The notes below the pieces were generated by a model. That model searched no databases. It was not told the origin of the DNA and saw only the letters and a list, made by a program, of their open reading frames with translations. From Dipteris shenzhenensis (taxonomy: Eukaryota), in the NCBI GenBank assembly GCA_047967505.1, contig CM106538.1: a stretch of DNA of 64,000 nucleotides. One strand, given 5' to 3'. How positions within the stretch are numbered: position 1 is the stretch's first letter; every line of letters starts with the position of its first letter. The position numbers were made by a program, and so were the translations under genes. This document shows positions 1 to 12,320 of this stretch, one piece after another.

Positions 1-1
1 T

Positions 2-832
2 GATTACTTTACAAAATGGGCTGAAGCTAAAGCAGTCAGAAAGGCAGATGCCAAAAGCACGGCAAGATTCTTGTACGAACATGTGATCACCCGATTCGGA
101 TGCCCCCTTGAAATTGTGTCGGATAGAGGCACACATTTTGTCAATGAGGTAATCCAAGAACTCTTGTCTGGCTTCATGGTCATTCATAGAAAAAGCACAC
201 CCTACTACCCCCAAGGGAATGGATTAGCAGAATCCACAAACAAAATCATATGCAATATCCTCACCAAGGTAGTAGAACCGCAGCGTTCTGATTGGGCAGA
301 GAAACTGAATGCAGCCTTATGGGCATACAGAACCACATTCAAGGTCAGTACAGGGAACACACCTTTTCAATTGGTGTACGGCCTTGAAGCCGTGGTCCCA
401 CTTGAATTTATAATACCAAGTCTGCGCATCGCAATACAAGAACGCATGGGTGATCATGAGTCCTTGAAAGAAAGGCTCTGTCAGTTGGAAAAGCATACAG
501 AGACAAGACTAGTCGCTTATCATGCCATGACAATAGAAAAACGTCGAAGAAAGGCATGGTTTGACAGGAATCTAAAAGCTAAAGACATCAAGGAAGGCGA
601 CTTAGTCCTGTTATACAATGCCAAAGTACACAAGGGAAAACTGAAATATCTAGGTCAAGGACCCTACCGAGTACGAAAGATGAATCCCATTGGAGCTGTG
701 CTACTTGAAACACTAGATGGAGTCCAATTCAACACAACAATAAACGGGAGCCGACTGAAGCACTACTACGTCAACACGCGAGCCATCCCCGACAAAAACG
801 AAGATTTGGGAAACCAAGTCTTCCTTAGTTAG
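2..832 (+). mobile_element. Ty3/gypsy LTR retrotransposon integrase C-terminal part (non-chromovirus, Tat/Athila-like), entering from the left edge of the window
   Basis: Open frame from base 2 (DYFTKWAEAKAV...). Contains the rve core IVSDRGTHF...YYPQGNGLAESTNK, ALWAYRT..TPFQLVYG and a GPY/F motif (GQGPYRV). No chromodomain before the stop. Confidence 0.93.
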
Positions 833-1302
833 GATTAGATTGTATCACAAGCACTCACTCACATATGCACGTTTTTGCACATATAGTTTGCACTAGATTG
901 TTACACGCACACTCACTGCATACGCACGTTTTTTGCACATTAGGGATGTTTGAGTCTTAGTTTCCCTATCAAATCCCACAAATAAGCATATAGTTAGACA
1001 CATCACATGCACTCACATGATTTTGCATAGGCACATAATAGATTGCATAAAAAAATAGTATCACACACTTTCATTCCATACTCTCAAAGCATGCAATGAA
1101 TTCACACGCAGTACACAAAGCTATGCCAAAACTCAAGATGAATTGGCAACAGAGTCTGCAGCCTCCGCAACGAGACCCCCGCCAAACATCACAGCCGTCT
1201 CCTATATGCAAAAATATCAAACTTGCATACTAATTATCTACAAGCTCAATGCTACGGGTGCAATCGCATCCAACATGTATGCAAGATAGCAAGAAATGAC
1301 AG

Positions 1303-1585
1303 CCTCAACAACGAGACCCCCACCAAATCTCTTCCCAAGAAGATTCGATGGCAGCGTCCGCAACCTCAGCAACGAGATCCCCTCTGACATTCATAGTCAT
1401 CTACCCCTCCTTAAGTGGAGACAAGCTTCTTGACCAACATCCTTTATACCAATCCTCCACAACGAGACCCCCGCTAAACCTCTTCCCAAGAAGATTCGAT
1501 GGCAGCATCCGCAACCTCAGCAACGAGATCCCCTCTGGCAATCATAGTCATCTACCCCTCCTTAAGAGGAGATAAGTTTCTTGAC
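1303..1585. repeat. Two-copy direct repeat (~135 bp, period ~151 bp) in the gypsy 3' non-coding region
   Basis: caacgagacccc..aaa.ctcttcccaagaagattcgatggcagc..ccgcaacctcagcaacgagatcccctctg...catagtcatctacccctccttaag occurs at ~1303 and ~1454; partial copy at ~1161. Confidence 0.85.
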
Positions 1586-1782
1586 TATTGACTACAAATT
1601 GTGTGGTGCAAAAGCATTATAGCAGGAACGACTCGCATACCACAAGCTAAATAGCCACTGAATTATGCACATGGCATCCCAACTCTGAAATCAAAATAAG
1701 CCATAACCCGAGGATGGGTAATAAAATGGATCCGGGAGTATGTTGACTCTGTGCCAACATGAACTTATGAAGAAAGAGAAGG

Positions 1783-2075
1783 TGATACAACTTTGTGATA
1801 CAACTTTGTGTTACAACTTTGTGTTACAACTTCTAGACACAACTTTATGTTACGACTTTGTGTAACAACTTTGTGTTACGAGTTTGTCTACATGAAGAGA
1901 GAGAATGTGTTACGACTTTGTGATACAATTTTGTGACACAACTTTGTGTTACAACTTTGTGTTACAACTTTGTGTAACAACTTTGTGTTACATCTTCTAC
2001 ATGAAGAGGGAGAATGTGTTACAACTTTGTGTTACAACTTTGTGTAACAACTTTGTGTAACGACTTTGTGTTACA
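1783..2075. repeat. 13-bp minisatellite (ACAACTTTGTGTT)n
   Basis: Many tandem copies, interrupted twice by ctacatgaagag.gagaatgtgtt. Confidence 0.92.
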
Positions 2076-2269
2076 TGCAGAGAGAGAAGCTCTCCAACTT
2101 GTATAAATACCCCATAATGGAATGAAGCCCACACTCTTGGGGCATTGTGTTGAGTCTACATTGGTATTCCAAGCATTTGTCTCAAGTGTCCATGCTTCCT
2201 TGCACTGCACGTCCAAAAGCATGTCCTAACCTTGCAACCCTTCTTCCCTCTCCTCCAACCCTGCAACCC

Positions 2270-2405
2270 ATCCTCTCCCTCTCCTCCTCCCTTCTCCCTC
2301 CTCCTCCTCCTCCTCCTCCTCCTCCCTCCTCCTCCCTCCTCCTCCTCCTCCTCTCTCCTCCCTCTTCCTCCTCCTCTTCCCTTCTCCTCCTTCCTCCTCT
2401 CCCTC
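2270..2405. repeat. (CCT)n-rich microsatellite
   Basis: Pyrimidine run of cct/ctt triplets. Confidence 0.9.
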
Positions 2406-3681
2406 TTACTTCACCCATGCTCTTACACCTTCTTCCTCTCCCACTCCTATACTTTCCTAAACCCTTAAACTCAATGATCTACGAGGGAGACGAGTTCTCC
2501 ACCATGTACTCTACTCTGAACCTTGGATCCTCCTCCTAACCCTGAACTCCTTCTAAACCTTGGAACCTCCTTCTGAACCCTGGAACTCTTTCTAACCCTG
2601 AACTCTTTCTAAACCTTGGAACCTCCTTCTGAACCCTTAAACTCCTCCTAAACCTTACAACCCCCAATGAAGGCGAAAGCCTTCATTACCCCAACAACAA
2701 TGGTTTACGTGCCTTCTACACATGCTTGCATTATGTTTACTCACCACACTTAAACCTACGTCTCTCACCGGAACACGACTCGAGGTCCTAAGCTACATAT
2801 ATACTACAACGACAATTCCAATATATCTGTAGGTGACAAAAAGCCTCGGAACCCTGCAACATAGAATACCCAGCTCTTCCTGCGGAAGCAGTAGGAAAGA
2901 GCCAACACAACACATCTTTGTGCTCCACAACCCACCATTCTTCCCCTATCTATCTTCTCAGACCAAATAGAGAGATACGATTATTCTTAATCATTCGTCA
3001 ATATTTTCCCTTCCAATGGAAACAACTCAGTATGATGGGGTAGCATAACTCTTCTTGTTACTTGATGAAAATGGTTTGCATTGTGTGTCAAGTGTACACT
3101 ATAGCTTACATAAAAGGACATTGCCACCAACGACTAGAGTCGAAACCCGATCCTTCGGTCAAAGTACAATCAGAACCAAAACCCAAAAAGTAAGTGCTAA
3201 AGCAAAAAAACGCCATCCCTAACCTCTAGAGGTTGCTCTCTTCATACCCATAGAACTATGGGCGTGCGCAAGGATTCTTACCAAATCAAATGGAAATGTG
3301 CTATCATAGGTAGCGACCTTGTCCTCCGATCATAGCAGAGATAGGATACCAAGTCATGATCCAAAGTGAAAGCTAATCTTGAGCTGGCCACTATTGAAGG
3401 CCAAAAACTAAATCAATCCGTAAAACAAAGAGGAAGATCAACATACAATATCATCCAAATTGTACAATCTCACCGGAAGATGCTCAAAGAAAAGATTCAT
3501 ATTTTCAAATATTCTCATCCACAGAAACACATCCAAAGCCCTTTTCAAAATCAAGATTAGGCACGTTGTTAAGTTGTAGGCAATGTGAAAATGGTAGGTC
3601 GCAAGCTGTGCCAAAGCCAAGAGCTTATCTAGGCATCGCATTATGGCAAAGGTGATGAGCCAAAGCCCCTTCCCGCTACTC

Positions 3682-3870
3682 CTCATTGCTATCCACCCTC
3701 TTGTATTCTCTTGGAAAGGCCTCTTTTACCTCCTAAGATACATACACTCCAAGCTCTTAGCTAGCTTATAGATAGTACCTACTCATTGCTAACCTCCCTC
3801 TCATATTCTTTTGGAAAGGCCTCTACTACCTCCTAAGATACAGACACTCCAAGCTCTTAGCAAGCTTACA
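3682..3870. repeat. Two-copy direct repeat, period ~101 bp
   Basis: ctcattgcta..ccctct..tattct.ttggaaaggcctct...acctcctaagataca.acactccaagctcttagc occurs at ~3682 and ~3783. Confidence 0.85.
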
Positions 3871-4299
3871 CCCATTCATCACCCCCTCATCCTCTACAAT
3901 AGCAAAAAAGCTCTTGAGTTTGGCCTCTTGGAGACCTATGCCATCCCTCAGATCTCTCGCATCCTTAAAATGATTGATGATGATACAAATACCTTGGTTG
4001 AGGAATTGTCAACGGAGGCCGAGGATCACTTGCCCTTTGTCAAAGGAATTTCCTCCATGAACTTTCACAACCTATTAACAACTCGGAGTATCTTGATGCC
4101 TTCTCCATCTTCATCTTATTGCCTATGCCTGGCATAGCTTTCGTGTTGTTTCTCTTCTTTCTGGTTGTAATATTATTTCTTATGCCTTCAACCTCCAAAA
4201 ATGGCTATATATTTTGGCAAGGTAGCTAAGTTGTCCTCAACATTGAAATCTACAAAGGTAGAAAGAAACCTGAAGTCATCTGGAAATGTTGATTGTTGC

Positions 4300-5531
4300 A
4301 GCATAGTCCTTAGGCTACCTCCATGGCATCATCGAGAGGATATAAACTATATTGGCATCAGCTATTTTTTATCTCCACTAACTTCTCAGATTATGTGATA
4401 GCATTGTATTACATGATGCTTGTTCTACATATCAAATGGAATGTTGTTATAAATAGCTTCATACACTTTAGAGGACAATACATATGTTCTCACACGTCCT
4501 TTCTGTTCCTAAAAGCATGTACTCGTATGGATTTCCTTGAGTTTGCTTGTACCAAAATCCCTTGACCACAAATGAGACTCGACCACAAACATTCCCCCAT
4601 GCATCCTTAAGTGGAACGTCTATCTTTTCCTTCCCCTGTGTGCATTTTACAATATAGAAATCCACAAGCTCATCATTGTCACGTAACATCAAAATTATCA
4701 CCAACACAAAGTGCATCACTCAAGGCATCATGATGTCCTTCAAATGCTAGATCATCAGTTTCGTCCTCATCTTCAATGATATTCTTTGAGCGTTGTAGGG
4801 TAACATACTTGGAAAAAGGCACATGTGATGTATTGGAAAACCTCCTCCATTCGCCCTCCTGCATGCAGGCACTGCATGCAGGCACTACAAAAACATGAAA
4901 AATTTCTTGCACCTTAAAGTTGTTCCATTTGTTAAAGAATAGCCCGACACACAATGCAACTCACATGAATTAGGCATAGCTTTACAATCCCAATTCTTGC
5001 TTCTGTCCACATCATCTTCCTTGACTTCCCAAAACACTCGGGTAACGGGTCGAGCCTTTGAGGGGTATGTGGCGTCGGCCCCTTCGGACAATGTCTCTCT
5101 TAGAAATAACACCACTTTATTTGCACATTGGAGCCTTGCACCATTTGGCTTTAGTTGCTCATGAGTGAGATGCCTTTTAAGAACAGCCCTTGCACCATCG
5201 TGTTCACCATTTCCATGTCCTAAATCAAAAAAATTATGTGTCATTTTCATTCCTGTCACTGTGCCATATCGAGCAACAAGTAAAAAGGCCTCTTTGCTTT
5301 GAATTGTGAGGCTGCTCCATTTGACCACACCCAATGTTCATTGAACTGAATGCCTTGATATTTCAACCACTTATAATGGAGCATAAAGCAATGCTGAACA
5401 AAAAGAGTGTCATGCATCCTATCATCGGATATATAAAAGTGATAGTATTTGTGGACGATGCCTACAATATGCACATACGTAATTTGGACAAAGATTGTAA
5501 CTTAGTTGGAGTGCCAATGCATGGATTGGAT
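4300..5531 (-). pseudogene. DDD/E DNA-transposon transposase, C-terminal part (Sola-like motif set), split by the copia insertion
   Basis: Reads EIQSMHWHSN*VTILV...HFYISDDRMHDTLFVQHCF...WVWSNGAASQFK...HNFFDLGHGNGEHDGARA, followed by a Cys-rich C-terminus, with stops and frameshifts. Joins 10863 in frame across the TGGAT TSD. The superfamily label is from motif recall only. Confidence 0.7.
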
Positions 5532-6257
5532 TGTTAGATATCAATGCTCCACTCTCATGTAACTACGCAGGAACCAGCTAACTCTACTTGTAAGCCTCCC
5601 ATATGAGGAGAAGGCATTTGAGTAGCTCGCTTATCCAGTAGGTCCTGGTTTGGACACCAGATGGGGGCCATGTCCTGATGGCTGGACGGCTTCAAATAGA
5701 GTTGGCACATTGCCAACTAGGCTACATGCAAGTGCGGGAAGGCATCCCATAACTGATCGCACTGATGGTAGATGGAGCATTTTTCGGGGCACAGCACACT
5801 CTCGGGCTACGGGGCCCGTTTGTGGAGCCCCAGATGATCTCGGATGGATCTGGGCCGAACTGAGACTGTAGGTTATTTCTCTATTCTACGCCACAGTTCT
5901 AACGTGTGGTCAGTGGCCTATTTCGACCTCCAATCGGCCGTTTTGAGCCGATTGGGTCGGTCTCCCAATTGGGTCTAACCGACTATGACTGGTGGCTATA
6001 TAGAAGCAAGCCCATGAAGCCCATCATCATCACTGGCTACAACAACCCTGATTCCTTAGCATCCAGCCTCCGTCCTCTATTGTTTCTAGCATGCCATCGA
6101 AGCTTCTCACATAGGAGCGCACGGCTGGGAGGCATTGCCTTCTATTGCAACAATTTTATAGTAATTAGATTTTTGATTCTCCATACTATCTGCTTTTCTC
6201 TCTTGCATACGAGATCCTATTATCTGTTGAGCACAGACGTTGTATTGTTTTCTTAGA
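5532..6257 (+). repeat. 5' LTR of copia family A
   Basis: Starts TGTTAGATATCAATGCTCC. Homologous to 10129-10857 and 19135-19857. Confidence 0.95.
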
Positions 6258-6269
6258 TGGTATTAGAGC
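6258..6269 (+). promoter_or_regulatory. Primer-binding site (tRNA-iMet type)
   Basis: TGGTATTAGAGC, one mismatch to TGGTATCAGAGC, directly after the LTR. Confidence 0.9.
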
Positions 6270-6327
6270 TTGGGCTCTAGCAAGAAGATTTGGTAGGGTG
6301 TTTCTGTTTGTGAGCAGATTGTGAGAG

Positions 6328-9300
6328 ATGGCCCAACCTGCAAGACTGCGAATCCCATTATTCGGCGAAAGCGAAAAGTTGGACGGCACTAACTATCCAC
6401 TTTGGAAGTTCAAGACGAAGACCATCCTAAGCGCATACGAGCTTTGGGATACTGCTACTGGGGTGGACGTGAAGCCGGTTACGAGATCGAATCCAACCAA
6501 TGCAGGACAACAAATAGTACAAACTGTAGATCATATTCTCGCTGGACAAGAAGAAATGTAGATGCACTGTGTCCTATTCTGCAGTGTAAGTGATTCTGTC
6601 ATGGCATTAATTCAACATGTCAAGAATCTGCGTGATTAGATGGTTGCGATTGGCATCACCATCACTAGCGAGAATCTAGCACGAAGGTGCGTATGGATTC
6701 TCCCACCAAAGTATGACGGTCTTGTTATGGCGCTGAATACACAGAACATAAATCTGCCCCTCAACTTTGAGGATTTCAGTGCGATGCTTTTGGAGGAGGA
6801 GATGCGTCAAAAGATGAGGACTGGAGAAGATTCGGCTTTCTCGGCTAGATCAAAGAAAGGTAAGGGTAAGGACTCTGGTAACCCATCTTCTTCTTATGAT
6901 AAAAAGAGAAAGAAGAAGATCAAGTGCTTCTATTGCAACAAGGCAGGGCACAAGAAGAATGAGTGCCAAAAGAAGATTGCAGATGATGAGAAGAACAGAG
7001 TAAAGAAAGAGTCCAGCAAAAGTGCGTAGCCAGTACCAGTAGAGCTATTCGTAGCAATTGAGGAGATTTGCGCGGAGGCAGTTCATGTACTTGCAGATGA
7101 ACCTTGGATTATTGACAATGGTGCATCATGCCACATGACCAGTCAGAAGGATTGATATACCTCTCTACATTTGGTAGGGAATGACATCCTGGTAGCAGTT
7201 GGCAATGATGCAAAATGTCCAGCAAAATGAAAAGGTATGATTGCTCTCAAGTCAGATGGAGTTGTAAAACAGTTGTCCGATGTTCTTTATGTGCCAGATA
7301 TTAAGAGGAACTTGTTGTCCATTTCTACGATCATAGATCGGGACCTCAAATTCACTTCGATAAGAATGGTGCACAGATTTTGGATCTTCAAGGGAAGGTC
7401 ATTGGTAAAGGTACACGATGCAACAACATCTACGAACTCTCAGCTTTCAATGCTCGAGCCGATGTGAGCAACACTAAGCTGTGGCATGAGAGGTTTGGTC
7501 ATCTAAACCTTAGTTCTTTAAAGGAGATGCATAAAAGTGGAATGATTACAGACCTACTAGAAATTACAGATCTGCAGGATGTATGTAAAGCTTGCATGAT
7601 GGGCAAGCAGCATCGGCAGCCCTTTCCTAAAGAGGCCAGTAGGGCAAAGGCTCCTCTAGAGCTCGTTCACACGAACCTCTGTAGAAAGATGGAGATGGAA
7701 GCTTTGGGTGGTTCCTACTACTTCATGATGCTGATCGACCACTACAGTAGAAGGATATGGATATACTTCCTGAAGACAAAAGATGATGCTTTTAGTAAGT
7801 TCAAGGAATGGCATGTAATGGTCGAGAAAGAAACGGGGAAGGAGGTGAAGAAGTTGAGATCAGACAGAGGTGGAGAGTTCACATCAAGTGAATTCAAAAG
7901 TTACTGCAAAAGTCATGGGATCAAGAGGCAAAAACCCCCGCCACATACATCACAGTAAAATGGAGTAGCATAGCGCAAGATGCACGGAGGATGCACGTCA
8001 TCTGCGAAATGGGCAGGAGTATGATGAAAGGGAAAGATTTGCCAAAGACTTTCTGGGCTGAAGCATGTAACACGGCAGTTTACATTCTGAATCATAGCTA
8101 CATGAAGTCCTTGATGCTAACAGGACCAAATGGGAACCAAAGAGCCGAAAGTGTATTTTCTTGGGCTACAGTGAAGAGATGAAGGGTTACTATCTCTATA
8201 ATCCTATTACCAAGAAGGTAATAGTAAGTCACGATGTGGTCTTCTTAGAACAGCCGCATCAATTGGAGGAGGATGCTTTCTTCCCAGACAACCAGGAATA
8301 GGATATCCATCCAGTACAACCACCAATAGCAGACCGAACTCCCCCAATGGTGCTTGGGAGGATTCAAGATAAAGAAGAGGAAGAAGAGCCTACAGAATGA
8401 CAATGGCAACGGCCATTCCCAAAGTGGTTAAAGCAGCTTTTAATGGCAGAGAACCTCCAACCATTGAGGAGGAACCATCCGAACACTGCCGGTCCAAGAG
8501 ATTAGAGGAGCAAAGAAGGGCACAGGAACAATTGGTCAACTACGCTTTGATGACAGAGGTGATCCGTGCTGAAGAACCCAAGTGTCTTGAAGAAGCACAG
8601 GGTGATGATAGGTGGATGGAGGCTATGCAGTTGGAGTATGGCTCCATAATGAAGAACAACACTTGGGACCTTGTGGATTGACCACCAAAATGCAAAGTCA
8701 TTGGCACCAAGTGGGTGTACAAGATCAAGTACAAGTTCGACGGCATGTTGGATAAGTAAAGGCTCAACTCATGGCAAAAGGATTCGCACAGGTACATGGT
8801 TTTGATTATCAAGATACTTTTTCTCCCACAGCTCGACTAACCACAATTCACAGTGTTTTGGCTTTAGTAGCATAGGAAAGTTGGCCCGTGCTTCCGATGG
8901 AGGTAAAATCCACCTTTTTGAATGCAGATCTCAAGGAGGAGGTATACATGGAACAACCACCAGGTTTTGTGATCCCTGGTTCAGAAGGTAAAGTTTGTAA
9001 ATTAAAGAAGGCAATTTACAGGCTAAAATAGGCCCCACAAGCATGGTACTAGCGGATCAATGTCTACTTTCTACAAAACGGGTTGAGAAGGAGCCCATCT
9101 GATGCAAATGTTGATATCTACAGAAAAGGAGGCAGGTGTATGATTGTGGTCCTTTATGTGGACGACCTTGTCATATCAGGGAACCATGAAGAAAAGATCT
9201 CGCAGACAAAGCAGGTGCTAGGAAGAGAGTTTGAAATGACAGACCTCGGACTGATGCATTTCTGTTTGGGGATTGAAGTTTGGCAAGAGCCAAAATAGAT

Positions 9301-10098
9301 CTTCATTTCATAGCTGAAGTATGCTGGAGAGATACTGAAGGCATTTGGCATGGCTGAGTGCAAGACAGTTGGCACTCCTATGGAGGTTGACGTGAAGCTC
9401 TCAAATGAGGATTCATCACCATTGGTGGACGAAGCGAAGTATAGAAGGCTTGTGGGCAGTTTGATTTACTTGTGCAACATGCGACCGGACATCAGCTTTG
9501 CGACTGGTGTACTAAGCAAGTTTTCCAATAAGCCATGGGAGAACCATTGGAGGGCAGGGATGCAGGTGCTGAAATACATCAAAGGCACACTTGATTACGG
9601 CATCACCTATACCAAGGGCAACATCTTGACTGGACTCTGTGACTCAGATTGGGCAGGAGACGTGGATAGTAGGAGATCACTGATAGATTACTGTTTCTCA
9701 TTTGGATCTGGAGCTGTGTCATGGGTCAGCAAGAAGCAACCCACAGTTGCTCTTTCTTCTACCGAGGCTGAGTACAAAAATCAGCATGTTTTTCTTCTTG
9801 TGAGGTAGTGTGGTTGAGGAGGATTTTAGGGGACATGGGCGCAGTGTAGAACAAGCCTATGCAGTTATGATGTGACAATCAGAGTTGCATGGCAATTGCC
9901 AAGAACCCTGTGTTCCACGGTCGCACAAAACACATTGAGATTCAATATCACTTTGCATGCGAGCTCATCATGGATGGAGAGGTTGACTTGGTGTATTGTC
10001 CGACTAAAGAGAATGCTGCGGACATCTTCACGAAGGCTCTTGGAAGAGACTTGCTGGAGAGGCATCTTCATCGACTTGGCATTGGGCCGAAAAAGTAA
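6328..10098 (+). pseudogene. Copia gag-pol polyprotein pseudogene (gag, zinc knuckle, protease, integrase, RT, RNase H)
   Basis: KLDGTNYPLW; CFYCNKAGHKKNEC; WIIDNGAS; LWHERFGH; LRSDRGGEF; LYVDDL; DSDWAGD; TKHIEIQYHF. Many stops, frameshifts and internal deletions. Confidence 0.95.
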
Positions 10099-10128
10099 GT
10101 TCACTTGCAGGTGGACATTGAGTGGGGG

Positions 10129-10857
10129 TGTTAGATATCAATGCTCCACTCTCATGTAACTACGTGGGAACCAGCTAGCTGTACTTGTAATCCCCCCATA
10201 TGAGGAGAAGGCATTTGAGTAGCTTGGTTATCTGGTGGGTCTTGGTTTGGACACCAGATGGGGGCCATGTGTGGCCTGATGGCTGGGTGACTTTAGATAG
10301 AGTTGGCACACTACCAACTAGGCTACATGCAAGTGTGGGAAGGCATCCCATGACTGATTGCACTAAGGGTAGATAGAGCATTTCCTGAGGCAGCCCACCA
10401 CTCTCGGGCTACAGGGCCCATTTGGAGCCCTAGATGAGCGATCCCAGATGGCTCTGGGCTAAACGGAGACCGTAGGGTAGTTGCTCTATTCTGTGCCATG
10501 GTTCTAACATGTGGTCGGTGGCCTACCGACCTCTAGTCGGCTGCTTTAAGCCGACTGGGTCGGTCTCCCAATTGGGTCTAACTGACTATGATTGGTGGCT
10601 ATATAAGAGCAAGCCCGTGAAGCCCATCATCAACACTAGCTACATCAACCCTGATTCCTTAGCATCTAGCCTATGTCCTCTACAATTTCTAGCATGCCAT
10701 CGAAGCTTCTCACATAGGAGTGCACAGCTGGGAGGCAGCGCCATCTATTGTATCAGTTTTATAGTAATCAAAATTTTGATTCTCCATACTATCTACTTTT
10801 CTCTCTTGCATACGAGATCCTGTTATCTGTTGAGCACAAACATATTGTTTTCTTACA
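10129..10857 (+). repeat. 3' LTR of copia family A
   Basis: TGTTAGATATC...TTTTCTTACA, preceded by a G-rich PPT. Confidence 0.95.
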
Positions 10858-10862
10858 TGGAT

Positions 10863-11552
10863 CTCGTTTTGTTCTTTGAAAGTGTAGTTTTCTACTATCC
10901 ACGTAAGTGAGAAAGTGTAGTTTTCTTCAGGGAAGCGAACAAGGCACTCCTTGAATTGCTCTGCTTGCCATCTATAGACAAAGTTATGCTTTATAAACTT
11001 GTTCAAGTGGTCCTTAAATATTACCAAAAGCTCCCTGCATTGCATCTCTTTGAATGAAAGAACTTTCCTTTTTTTCTTTTTTCCATCAACCATGGTTCCA
11101 ACTTGGACATCCTCAAATATCTTTATGGTGGACACTGCACGTGCAGTAAATTATTGCTCCCTTGGGCAACATGCCATTTTTCCTGCTCCACATGAAGAGC
11201 ATTGTCCCATCAAGCACTTAAGGGCATGGTAGCTGGCACCGATTGCTTTCGGGCAAAGGACAGATTCCCAAAGCACAGTTATGCTTGTGAAAGTTTTCAC
11301 ACATGCATTGCAACTATCACCTGAACCACAAATTTCACATTTGCAATTGCACTCTGCTCCATGCACACCAAAAGAGACCTATCATAAGTGGTTTACAACA
11401 TCCTTCAAAAAAGACATATGCACAGTGTGATGCAGCAGCAAGTGTACCGATCCTTAGGCTTGCGCACAAAGTAAGGCTTCAACTTCTCAAAGGCCCTTTG
11501 GTGAATCTGTACCTCTAGGTGGCTCAGTTTGAAGGCAAGAAAGAACTCCATC
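10863..11552 (-). pseudogene. Upstream part of the same DDD/E transposase
   Basis: QIHQRAFEKLKPYFVRKPKDRYTCCC, then Cys-rich CNCKCEICG...CLMGQCSSCG, then FIKHNFVYRWQAEQFKECL..FPE...ENYTFKEQNEI. An intron acceptor (tgtag) lies near 11553. Confidence 0.7.
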
Positions 11553-11740
11553 TACATTAAACATATTAGTTTCTTAGTACTAGTTAAACATATCAATTTG
11601 TTAGTACTCATTTAAGCTATTGGAAAATGTTAATAAATAGGGAGTTTCAAGTTTGCCTATGACAAGCAAAAGAATGAACGGGACACTTGTCTTGTTGTTG
11701 TATGTACTGGCAAAAGAATGTCTACTACCATTGTGCTCTG

Positions 11741-12320
11741 TTAGTGGCAAGTAGTTGCAGTTGGGAAGTACCACTATGCTAGTGCCTCCAACAAGCACAT
11801 GAGTAGCTACTATTCTATTATGCAAATTGAGTATCTGTAACCTGAATTAAGTGCCACTATTGAGTGAAAACACGTACTCAATCAATGTAGCTGATGAAAG
11901 CATCTCGTAAGTTATTTTTTTTAATAAGCATTGAATCTTGAGTGCACCGTGTTCCATCCAATGATGTTTAATCTTGTCACCTTTAGAGATTTATAGATAA
12001 ACCCTTTAGTGACAAGCAGTTGTAGTTGGGAAGTACCACTATGCTAATGCCCCCAACAAGCACATGAGTAGCTACTGTTCTATCATGCAAATTGAATATC
12101 TATAACTTGAAGTAAGTGCCATGTACTGAGTGAAAACATGTACTCAATCAATGTAGTGGATGAAAGCATCTCGTAAGTTATTTTTTTAAATAAGTGTTGA
12201 ATCTTGAGTGCACCATGGTCCATCCAATGATGTTTAATATGGCCACCTTTGAATGTACAGATAAACCCTTTAGTGGCAAGCAATTGCAGTTGGGAAGTAC
12301 CACTATGCTAGTGGCTCCAA
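11741..12320. repeat. ~265-bp tandem repeat (two copies plus a partial third)
   Basis: ttagtg(g/a)caag..gttg.agttgggaagtaccactatgct recurs at ~11741, ~12007 and ~12270. Confidence 0.85.

Larger units (their letters stand above)
5532..10857 (+). mobile_element. Full-length degenerate Ty1/copia LTR retrotransposon (family A)
   Basis: 5' LTR 5532-6257, PBS 6258-6269, gag-pol remnants, PPT ~10120-10128, 3' LTR 10129-10857 (TG...CA). The 5-bp TSD TGGAT lies at 5527-5531 and 10858-10862. Confidence 0.96.

Noticed and set aside
2147-2539. Pro/Ser/Leu-rich and Gly/Glu/Arg-rich ORFs
   Set aside because: Artefacts of the (CCT)n run.
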